From positions 1-64,000 of IMG/VR virus record IMGVR_UViG_3300031857_000002: 64,000 bases of DNA. One strand, written 5' to 3'. Positions 46,707 to 54,989 of this stretch are shown piece after piece (the first letter of the stretch is position 1; each line of letters opens with the position of its first letter). A model generated the notes under the pieces. The model made no database searches. It was not told the DNA's origin and was given only the letters and a program-made list of their open reading frames with translations. The position numbers and the translations under genes were made by a program.

Positions 46707-49697
46707 TTACATGGAAGTTTGCAGTATTCTTTCCTGCACACTAACCGAGTTCTTTTGCTCTCTGATCATGTCTGACATTGCATTTATAAGCTGTTCTGTT
46801 TGCTCTCGCATGACGTTGACCAGTTCAGTCATTGCTCTGTTGTCTGATGATGCTACCGCAGTAACTTCACGCTCGGGTGCATCTTTCATGCTTTGCATCA
46901 TACCTTCAAACATCTTTTTCACGTCTGGCATTTCTAAATTGATAGGTATTGCCCCGTTGTCCAAAGGTATCATTGCCTCTGGGCCTTTTTCAGCCACCAT
47001 GGCAATTTGTGGAGTTGATGCAAGTCCGCCATCTGCATAGCCAGGAATCTGTGCATGAATATGTCCTGCTGTGGCTTTTGCACTGGGATTGTTGTACTCA
47101 TCAATGGCTACACTGGCACCCATGCTTTTGAGCCAGTTTGTGATTTCTTTGCCTTCTTCAACTGAAGGCTGTTTTGACAGTGCAAAGTCCATGGCACGAC
47201 CTGTGGTATGACTACTGCTAGGAGATTTTTCCTGATGGAACTTGTCGTTAAATCCAGAGAAATAAGCAAAATTAGGCATGTTGGCCTGTACTTGCTGTGC
47301 TAGTTCAATAATCTTGGGATCAATTTTACTGCCTTCGGCCTGCACATCGCCTGTCTTGAGCTTGAGCCCTATCTTGGTAAGATCGTTCTGCGATGCTATA
47401 CCTCCAGCAACACCTTGCCCTCCGCCCATGGCAGGCATGTTCCCTGCGGCAGGCATTTTCATCCCTGCACCTCCTGTCGCTCCACCAGTAGCAGATGATC
47501 CAGCGGCTGCTGTTTTTTGTTGCAAGATATCAATCTGTGACTTGAGATCCGGAGTTTCTAGATCCATCAACTGAGTTTTGAGATCCACATAACTCTTGTA
47601 TGCTATGCTGTATTTTTCAGCACGTTTTGTGTCTGCATCTGTAAGTCGTTCTAGTTTTACTGAATCTTTGGCTATTTCATCAAAGGCATCATCCATTTCT
47701 CTAGACCCTGTGGTCATGGACTTGGATACTACTGACAGTGTTGACATCAATGACTTTACTGTGTCTGCAGCCGACGGACCTGTTAAGGATGGTTGTTTTC
47801 CAAGCACTGACTCTGATGGGCTTGTTAAAGATTTTTGTTTACCGAGCACTGATTGTGCTGTGCCTGTTTTGGTCCCGTTGTCTAATTCAGACATTGGTAT
47901 CACAGCTTCTTCTCCATGAAGCATGGCCAGATACCCCGAAGTTGGCCCTTTAAGAATACCTCCATCAGCGGCTTTTGGTAATCCTGACATCTCGCCAAGA
48001 CCCTTTCCAAGTTCTTTACCTGCAGTGCCTCCTGCCCAGACACCAAGTGCTGATCCAATCAATCCACCTACCACTGCACCAACTGCATTGCCAATAATTG
48101 GAACTGCTGTGCCTAATGCGGCACCTACGGCTGCTCCTTTAAGGCCACCAGCAACTCCAAGGCCGATTGCACCAGCTCCTTCTCCAAGATTTTCTGCTGT
48201 GCTAGCAGTGACTTTCTTACCACCTGGAGTCAGTTCATTTAACATGTTGGCAGCGTTTTTAGTAGCAGTTGCTAGTGTTATCATAGCATCTTGTGCTGGA
48301 CCAATACCTTTCTCGATAAATGCTTCCATGGCCTTGTTGGCATCAATCTGAGCTTTAATTAACTGTGCTTGCTTGGCCAGCAACGGATCAACTCCGCCTT
48401 CAAGTATTTTTTGTTGATCTGCTTTGATCTTGGCCATGTTGACCGTGATATCACCTTGTGCCAACTGTGCTAATTTTAGTTGCTCGTTGATAGGACCAAA
48501 ACTTTCATTGTATGCACCAAACTGTCCCAGTACCACACCTACGCTGTCTGCAGTCTTGCCCATAGCTGTACCAGTTATGGTCACCGCATCAGTATAACTC
48601 ATTTGACCCGCAATAACTTTTTGCGTGGTCTCTAGCATGGCTCCGTTACTGGCCAAGTTGGCTGCTTGTGCATCAGCATTGCTTAGGTTACCTGTAACTG
48701 ATGCTTGGAAAGCGGCTGCCATCTTGGGTCCAGCCGCTTCGTAAATTGCGTTCATTTTCATCAGTTCTTCGGCTGCTTTTTTACCTTCGGGGCCTTGCAA
48801 TTGCAGTTCACGAATCTTGGCAGCAAACTGTTCACCTTGTAACGCACGCTCACGTTGATCTTCCATTTCCTTGCGTGTCTGACCAGTGAGCTTGGTCAAT
48901 GCATCTTGTTCAACTAGATACTTTTTAGCACCGTCAGCAAGTTCAGCATTGGTTTTACCTTGAGCATTGCCCAGGCGTGTCTGTATCTTTAGATAACCTA
49001 ACATGCCGTCAGACACGTCAGCCATGCTCATGCCCATTTTTAAGAAGTCTTCTCTACTGCCTTCAAGAGCTTGACCCATGTCGCCAAGACGTTGTCGTCC
49101 TTCATACACTGATCCAGAAAACAATGCTAGATCTTTGCTGTTGGCTGCAATTTGCCCCACAAACACATCTAGTTCACCTACACTGAGTCCCAGCTGATCA
49201 CTGGCTTTTTTGACTCCTGTCATGCCATCGCTAGCGGCTCCTCCAGCCTTGCTCAATCCTGAATATGTTTTGTATAACTGGTCTGCCATGGTGTTGGCAG
49301 CTTTGGTATAGGCTGCAAACGCACCTACTGCGGCTGTGACTCCTGCAATCAACAAGCCAACTACTTTGCCAAATGGATTCATTAGAGCTAGTGCCACTGC
49401 GGCTGCTGTTGCTGCCTGGGCCATGCTGTCAATGCTTTCGTTGAATGCGGTTGCACCTTTTTTGCCTTCCAACATGGCCTTGCCCGATGCCATTGCTGCC
49501 GCAGCCACATAACTGGCTGCCTCCCCAAATTTTTCTGCACCTTTGGTAGCATTGTTAATGCCGTATTTGGCTTTGACTTGAGCGTCGTGCATGTCTTCCG
49601 AAGTTAGTTTGGTTAGTTTGCCAAACTGAGCCATATCGTAATTTACTTGTTCTAGTATTCGAGCAAGTTCTTCCATCTGTGCATTTGTGTCGGCCAT
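46707..49697 (-). CDS. tape-measure-like / baseplate hub protein with C-terminal M15-like peptidase motif
   Basis: 996 aa, Ala/Gly-rich helical with two hydrophobic glycine-zipper segments; S.HTTGRAMDF...GHIHA motif; divergent from gp26. Confidence 0.65.
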   Translation of the reverse strand: MADTNAQMEELARILEQVNYDMAQFGKLTKLTSEDMHDAQVKAKYGINNATKGAEKFGEAASYVAAAAMASGKAMLEGKKGATAFNESIDSMAQAATAAAVALALMNPFGKVVGLLIAGVTAAVGAFAAYTKAANTMADQLYKTYSGLSKAGGAASDGMTGVKKASDQLGLSVGELDVFVGQIAANSKDLALFSGSVYEGRQRLGDMGQALEGSREDFLKMGMSMADVSDGMLGYLKIQTRLGNAQGKTNAELADGAKKYLVEQDALTKLTGQTRKEMEDQRERALQGEQFAAKIRELQLQGPEGKKAAEELMKMNAIYEAAGPKMAAAFQASVTGNLSNADAQAANLASNGAMLETTQKVIAGQMSYTDAVTITGTAMGKTADSVGVVLGQFGAYNESFGPINEQLKLAQLAQGDITVNMAKIKADQQKILEGGVDPLLAKQAQLIKAQIDANKAMEAFIEKGIGPAQDAMITLATATKNAANMLNELTPGGKKVTASTAENLGEGAGAIGLGVAGGLKGAAVGAALGTAVPIIGNAVGAVVGGLIGSALGVWAGGTAGKELGKGLGEMSGLPKAADGGILKGPTSGYLAMLHGEEAVIPMSELDNGTKTGTAQSVLGKQKSLTSPSESVLGKQPSLTGPSAADTVKSLMSTLSVVSKSMTTGSREMDDAFDEIAKDSVKLERLTDADTKRAEKYSIAYKSYVDLKTQLMDLETPDLKSQIDILQQKTAAAGSSATGGATGGAGMKMPAAGNMPAMGGGQGVAGGIASQNDLTKIGLKLKTGDVQAEGSKIDPKIIELAQQVQANMPNFAYFSGFNDKFHQEKSPSSSHTTGRAMDFALSKQPSVEEGKEITNWLKSMGASVAIDEYNNPSAKATAGHIHAQIPGYADGGLASTPQIAMVAEKGPEAMIPLDNGAIPINLEMPDVKKMFEGMMQSMKDAPEREVTAVASSDNRAMTELVNVMREQTEQLINAMSDMIREQKNSVSVQERILQTSM

Positions 49698-49710
49698 GGT
49701 GTATTACCTA

Positions 49711-49730
49711 TAAGTAGAAGTATATTTATA
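49711..49730. promoter_or_regulatory. overlapping divergent late promoters
   Basis: TAAGTA (+, 49711-49716) and TATAAATA (-, 49723-49730) in a 41-nt intergenic gap. Confidence 0.65.
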
Positions 49731-49738
49731 GGTGCAAA

Positions 49739-50581
49739 ATGACCCAAACTGCTAACCCGCTGAGACATTTTTTTAGACAACCAGCAATCTATCTTCGCTT
49801 GCCGTCAGATGGCAACTTCTGGCCCGAAGGCGATATTGCAATGACACAAAATCGCGAACTGCCGGTGTTGCCCATGACTGCCATAGACGAAATTACCTAT
49901 CGCACACCTGATGCCCTGTTCAACGGACAAGCTGTGATTTCAGTGATTCAAAGCTGTATTCCCAACATTAAAAATGCATGGTCAGCGCCCGGGCTTGACG
50001 TCAATGCTATTTTGATTGCTATCCGTATTGCCAGTTATGGGCACAACATGGGCATCAGTACTACTTGTCCAAAATGTCAAACCGAAGAACAGTACGAAAT
50101 TGATCTTCGCAACATGTTGGATCAGATTGCGTCACCTGACTACACCCAGACTATCACACACGGTGATTTGGAAATTGCGTTTCAGCCAGTGTCGTACAAG
50201 AATCAAAACGACACCAATCAAATGCAGTTTGAAGAACAGCGCATGATTCGTGCTATTCCTGGATCAGACTTGCCTGACGAAGAAAAGATACAAAAGCTCA
50301 ATGCTGCCTTGAAGCGTATTACTGAGCTCACAGTAGATGCCATGCAGTTCAGCATTGCCAGCATTAGAACTCCACAAGCCCTGGTCACTGAATCTCAGTT
50401 TATTCAAGAGTTTTTAAACAACTGCGATCGTAACTTGTTCAGCAAAATACGTGATCGTGTGATTGAGCTCAGAGTTGCTAGTGACTTGAAACCTATCAAG
50501 ATCACATGTACCAATTGTAGCAATGAATACGAACAATCAATGAATCTGGATCAAGCAAGTTTTTTCGAAACCGCCTCCTGA
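49739..50581 (+). CDS. baseplate hub assembly protein (gp26-like)
   Basis: NPL..FFRQP.IY..LPS, PMTA.DE, D...IL.AIR.AS.G, CPKC and CTNC Zn knuckles, ends ..SFF. Confidence 0.8.
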   Translation: MTQTANPLRHFFRQPAIYLRLPSDGNFWPEGDIAMTQNRELPVLPMTAIDEITYRTPDALFNGQAVISVIQSCIPNIKNAWSAPGLDVNAILIAIRIASYGHNMGISTTCPKCQTEEQYEIDLRNMLDQIASPDYTQTITHGDLEIAFQPVSYKNQNDTNQMQFEEQRMIRAIPGSDLPDEEKIQKLNAALKRITELTVDAMQFSIASIRTPQALVTESQFIQEFLNNCDRNLFSKIRDRVIELRVASDLKPIKITCTNCSNEYEQSMNLDQASFFETAS

Positions 50582-50607
50582 CCGCTTCAGCAGAACAAGT
50601 TTCTGCT

Positions 50608-50796
50608 ATGATTGACAGAATGGACCAGGAGGCCAATGACTTAAAACGTCAAGGGTTAAAAATGTCTTGGTACATGCGTGGCGGTGCCAGTTACAATGAT
50701 GTGATGAACATGAGTCATCAAGAACGGCAAATGGTCAGTGAACTGATCAAAGACAACTTAGACACAACTAAATCTAGCAAATTACCATTCTTCTAA
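50608..50796 (+). CDS. small gp51-like ORF; possibly the -1 frameshift extension of the gp26-like gene
   Basis: WYMRGG..Y....M...ER motif; its frame is open back to the slippery heptamer at 50560. Confidence 0.6.
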   Translation: MIDRMDQEANDLKRQGLKMSWYMRGGASYNDVMNMSHQERQMVSELIKDNLDTTKSSKLPFF

Positions 50797-51299
50797 TGTA
50801 CATTGAACAAGTCAAACAAGATATTGAAAATTGGATTGTGAACTTTGTAGAAGTTCCACATCCTGCCTTGGGTGGATTTCCGCCTTGTCCTTATGCCCGC
50901 AGTTCAAGACTCAAAAACAGTTACGATGTGTTCATTGGATCTGATCCGTATTTTGATCTCAAGAATCGAGCACGACATGGCATGGGCAACAAAGAAGTTG
51001 TGATATATGCATACGATCCTGTGGAATGGCCACATGACTTGTTTGCTGCCAGTTTAGATCATGCCAATCAAGACTTTTTGTTGACAGCCAACTTACTAAC
51101 CCTGGAAGATCATCCTGCTGACCAAGAAATTGTAAACGGCATCTGCATGAATCAAGGCACATATGCCCTGGCTCTTGTGCAGAGTCTCAGTGATCTCAAC
51201 ATCAAAGCACGGCTCATGGCCAGCAAAGGATTTTATGATTCTTGGCCAGAAGATTATCTAACTGCACTGTTTCAGCACAGAGAGGATCCTCGCAAATGA
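50796..51299 (+). CDS. hypothetical protein (DUF1415-like: W...FV......PCPYA...EDHP)
   Basis: 167 aa; TAATG coupling to the upstream stop. Confidence 0.55.
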   Translation: MYIEQVKQDIENWIVNFVEVPHPALGGFPPCPYARSSRLKNSYDVFIGSDPYFDLKNRARHGMGNKEVVIYAYDPVEWPHDLFAASLDHANQDFLLTANLLTLEDHPADQEIVNGICMNQGTYALALVQSLSDLNIKARLMASKGFYDSWPEDYLTALFQHREDPRK

Positions 51300-51727
51300 C
51301 ATATCAGTTTGCTAGAATTAATCTAGAAAAAACTACCTACAAGCCTGCAGTTGATTGGTTTTACATCACCAAACCCAACATTGCAGAACTACAAGACATA
51401 TACAGAACCTATTGCACATACAAACACTTTGCCAGTGTAATGCCGCTGTTTGACAGTCAGTTCACAGAGCCAGGCACAGATTTGATTGGTTATAGAGATC
51501 AAGGGCAGTTAGTAGCGTTTTCCATGATGAAACGTTACGACGACAAAAATTTATTAGCCGCACAATTTGCCTGGAACTATCGTAAACCTCGACTACGTTT
51601 GGGAATATCAAGTTTACAGACAGAATGTGCAATCTACAGAGAGCGAGGATTTGAGTACTTGTACTTGGATCAAGCTCACTTGTACAAACAGGACCTTGAA
51701 GGTTTTGAAATACTAGGACCACTATAA
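51296..51727 (+). CDS. GNAT-fold protein resembling the aminoacyl-tRNA-protein transferase (Ate/Bpt) C-terminal domain
   Basis: YR..G.LVAFS...LG..SL..E....R..GF.YLYL....YK....FE.L matches the Ate C-domain pattern. Confidence 0.55.
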   Translation: MTYQFARINLEKTTYKPAVDWFYITKPNIAELQDIYRTYCTYKHFASVMPLFDSQFTEPGTDLIGYRDQGQLVAFSMMKRYDDKNLLAAQFAWNYRKPRLRLGISSLQTECAIYRERGFEYLYLDQAHLYKQDLEGFEILGPL

Positions 51728-52062
51728 TGGACATTTACACAATTTGGGCAGACAAAGAAGGCGACATCTCAGACTTGGACTGGGTCAACGGCATGAAGAG
51801 CTTTTTTGATCATTTGAAATCAGAAGGCCGGATGGAAGACTATCGCATCACTAGATGCAAGATGGGATTCAGAAGTATCGCAGACATGCCCGAATGGATG
51901 ATACTCATGGAGTTCAAGGACATGGCTCAAATGGACTCGGCATTTAAACGTGTTGCTCCTCTTGAAGGAGAACTAGAAGCCAAACACAAGTCGTTCAATC
52001 AGTTTGTATCAGGCACAATACAACATGCATTGTTTCGTGATTGGCCTGACCAAAATCTATGA
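51727..52062 (+). CDS. DUF6614-like dimeric alpha/beta-barrel protein
   Basis: Y..W.D...D.......FF.HL..EG....YR.TR.K.GF......E....EF....Q.D.AF..V....G..E..H. Confidence 0.55.
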   Translation: MDIYTIWADKEGDISDLDWVNGMKSFFDHLKSEGRMEDYRITRCKMGFRSIADMPEWMILMEFKDMAQMDSAFKRVAPLEGELEAKHKSFNQFVSGTIQHALFRDWPDQNL

Positions 52063-53099
52063 ACAACGTATTTTGTGTCACTAGTTATAATTCTGTTGGC
52101 TGTACATTCATTGACTGGAGTGTTTATTTTCTAAGTAATCAATCCCATCACTACAATGTCAAGTCAAACAGATGGTTACCAGTATCACAGAATCCATTGA
52201 CTGAACTTAATGCACACGGTCATGATAAAAATCATCCGCACGGGCATGACACAACCAAAAGTTTTATAGAACATATCGAAACATTAACCTCTGACAGATT
52301 GCATTCGATATATCCGTGGGCATTAATGCTAGGCACCGCAGCTGAATATTTAAATTTACCACCAGAATCTATTACCAATACTGACGCGGTTAATCGTATA
52401 ACTCAATTTAAAAAAGATGATTACAATGAAATTTTGAATCTCTGCAGTGCAAAACAGATTAAAACTGTGTTTGTACAAAGTGATTCAAGATCAATTTTGT
52501 ATTTTCAAAAAAGAAGAGTACTTACACATTTGCTGTTAGACTATAAAACACCAGCCACTTCTGAGCAACAACTCAACGACGAATTTCAAACAGTGTTTTT
52601 TAACAAAAGCCTATTAGACTGGCAGGATAACGGGTTAACAGAAATCTGGGATGTGAGAGAAAGACTAGCATTAGACACTCGTCCATTTGATCAAGACTTG
52701 ATAAATTTTGTTCCAGACTTGCAACATCCTTATCTGTGGATCAACAGCTTCGATCTATGGACACGCACACCCGATGTACTTGAAAAAATAATGAAATTTC
52801 TAGAACTACCAATAGACCATGAAAAATTTATTCAATGGTTACCTATCTGTAGCAAGTGGCAGAAAATACAACTAGACATACTGGAGTTTTGTTTTAACCA
52901 AGAACACATAGTAAAAGCCATCATCAACAACTGGCATTACGAAATAGATCTAACATTTGATCAAGAAGTGATTATACAACACTGTTTGATTTACCAGCAC
53001 GGACTAAATCTCAAAACGTGGCAGTTGGAAAAATTTCCCAAGAATACTAAAGATTTACATAAACTGTTAGAACCCAACATACATCCAATTGTTCTCTAA
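52059..53099 (+). CDS. hypothetical protein (possible degenerate sulfotransferase/P-loop fold)
   Basis: 346 aa, AT-rich; N-terminal S..SVGCTF..WS; late 'DL......L.KI..FL.L' segment. Confidence 0.55.
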   Translation: MNNVFCVTSYNSVGCTFIDWSVYFLSNQSHHYNVKSNRWLPVSQNPLTELNAHGHDKNHPHGHDTTKSFIEHIETLTSDRLHSIYPWALMLGTAAEYLNLPPESITNTDAVNRITQFKKDDYNEILNLCSAKQIKTVFVQSDSRSILYFQKRRVLTHLLLDYKTPATSEQQLNDEFQTVFFNKSLLDWQDNGLTEIWDVRERLALDTRPFDQDLINFVPDLQHPYLWINSFDLWTRTPDVLEKIMKFLELPIDHEKFIQWLPICSKWQKIQLDILEFCFNQEHIVKAIINNWHYEIDLTFDQEVIIQHCLIYQHGLNLKTWQLEKFPKNTKDLHKLLEPNIHPIVL

Positions 53100-53509
53100 C
53101 ACATGCAAGACTTGCCCTGCAAGTCTGTTAATTTCGCTATCGCTCATTAACCAATTATTTTCTTTAAAAGCTATTATCTAGATTACGTGGTCATAGTTCA
53201 CCGTATGCACGGTGAACAAAAAACGCCATTATCTGAGTATAGCAGTCATCTATCATAATGAGATTGTAGTTTCCTACACGGAGGCGGTTGACCGGTACCC
53301 CCTACTCAAGCTTCACGTATCAACGGAACCCTAGTAACCCGATATAGATCCAAGTTCTATAAGCTGGGGTTGTATCTTTTTCACATAGCCCCGACCATTT
53401 GTTGCCTTAAGTTAGCAATTGCCTTTGACGCCCAAGTCCGAATTGGGTATCTCACCAATCCTCAATGGGGTTGAGCCACGTCGCCCAACACAGTGTCTTA
53501 ATCGTTGCC
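53100..53509 (-). ncRNA. candidate ~410-nt structured non-coding element (RNA or origin) downstream of the GIY-YIG gene
   Basis: Largest intergenic gap in the window; at least 8 stem-loops, including a GAAA tetraloop and a UUCG-containing loop on the - strand. Confidence 0.5.
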
Positions 53510-53938
53510 TTACAGTTTGTCTATTATATGAGAGCCATGCACACGCACTTGTATGTGGCCATTGTAATAATCTCGTGATTCCAACACTCTTCTTGAAAAT
53601 TGCTCTCTTGCTTCGATGTAACTACATTCCGATTTGGAGTTGCAATAAAAAAGTATTTCTCTGGTGAAGTTTTCGGTGCCTAGTTTGATTACGTCTGAAG
53701 TTAATTCTGGGCTTGACCCATAGTACTCTCTCCAGTCTGAGTCGACCTTTGATCGTATCTTTTTCTTCTTCTTGATGCCGTTCTTTTGCTTAACTGTCTT
53801 GTATGTTGTCTTGCTAAATTTTGCTAATTTTTTGCCTATGTACTTGCGTCCAGTGAGATTATTTGTGATCAAGTAAACAAATCCAACACATTCTTCGGGC
53901 AACGTCTCAATTGGGGTATCTTGATATAGCCATGTCAT
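53510..53938 (-). CDS. short GIY-YIG family nuclease-like protein
   Basis: GFVYLITN...GRKYIGKK...Y.GSS...F.REIL...E...YYN; Lys-rich insert. Confidence 0.85.
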   Translation of the reverse strand: MTWLYQDTPIETLPEECVGFVYLITNNLTGRKYIGKKLAKFSKTTYKTVKQKNGIKKKKKIRSKVDSDWREYYGSSPELTSDVIKLGTENFTREILFYCNSKSECSYIEAREQFSRRVLESRDYYNGHIQVRVHGSHIIDKL

Positions 53939-53978
53939 GTGTTGTATGCGATTTATCCTTGCTGTATAGTTATCTCCG

Positions 53979-54989
53979 TTACCAAGAAGTTGCGTATTTT
54001 TTGTCTACTACTGAAGTTTTGCATTTGCTTTGACATTCTTGCCACTTGAATGTTTGAAATTCAGTGGACCAGAATGAATCTGCAAGCACAGTTGTTAAAG
54101 TTTTTGTGTGTAAATCAAAGTTGTTTGCTAGTTGTTGCCAGTCTGAATTGTGATTGTATCGGTTGGCTACCCAACAGCAGGGAAATAACCTGCCTTGAGC
54201 ATCAATATACAACCCTTTGTTGCCTATCTCGCACAACGGAGTAATACCGTTGCGACTTTTAGTTTGATTGAATAGTTGTATGTTTGTTTGAGAAACAGTT
54301 TCATCTGCTCCCCTAGTTGTAAATGCTGTGGTGTCTCGTTCAAACCGATGACTACTGCTGATATATTTTACACTGGGTTGCAGTGGATCGTTTACACCAT
54401 AAGAGGGATACACGCTGCCAAATTTTGTACTCTTGGTCAACTGGAATTGGTCTACTCCTAGATCTTTAGCAAACTGCTTCATGCGTTCTATATGACTTTC
54501 ATTGAACTTGAATGCAATTGCAGCCCATACAAGTTGACATTGACTTGCTGATCGCAGTGCTTGAATTCCTGCAACAATGCTAATGTAGTCGCTGTTAACT
54601 CTGTACAAGTTGTTGCTGGTGTTGTCATATCCGTCAATACTGAAATGCACACTGTCAGAAGAGTCTAGTAGTTTGCCTAACTCCAACCACCATGCTGATT
54701 TCTTATGCGATCCATTGGTAACAATCACAATCTCCACAGGCTTGATACTTTTGATATATTCAATTACAGATATTAAGTCATGCGCATAGATAGGGTCTCC
54801 GTCATCACCACAGAACGTGATCTTCTCTACATTAGTCAACACAAACTCGGGTGTAAAATTACGTTTGAAGAACGCTAGATCAAGTTCAGTGTTGATCAAA
54901 CTGTCAGGCACTTCTTGGCGAGCGCAACGAGGACAGCGCAAGGTACACTTACTGGAAATTTCAATGTGAAAGTGCCAAGAGGCTAGCAT
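53979..54989 (-). CDS. radical SAM/SPASM-twitch protein
   Basis: CTLRCPRC, CG..GDP, TNG, FSIDG; C-terminal C...G.L.PCCW...C...C. Confidence 0.9.
   Translation of the reverse strand: MLASWHFHIEISSKCTLRCPRCARQEVPDSLINTELDLAFFKRNFTPEFVLTNVEKITFCGDDGDPIYAHDLISVIEYIKSIKPVEIVIVTNGSHKKSAWWLELGKLLDSSDSVHFSIDGYDNTSNNLYRVNSDYISIVAGIQALRSASQCQLVWAAIAFKFNESHIERMKQFAKDLGVDQFQLTKSTKFGSVYPSYGVNDPLQPSVKYISSSHRFERDTTAFTTRGADETVSQTNIQLFNQTKSRNGITPLCEIGNKGLYIDAQGRLFPCCWVANRYNHNSDWQQLANNFDLHTKTLTTVLADSFWSTEFQTFKWQECQSKCKTSVVDKKYATSW

Noticed and set aside
53419-53667. 82-aa + strand ORF over the non-coding element
   Set aside because: TTG start, no RBS, and overlaps the GIY-YIG gene antisense.
53100-53938. Group I intron with GIY-YIG homing endonuclease
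   Set aside because: No interrupted gene: the upstream radical SAM gene ends normally and the downstream gene is convergent. No recognisable P7 consensus by eye. An Infernal search is still advisable.
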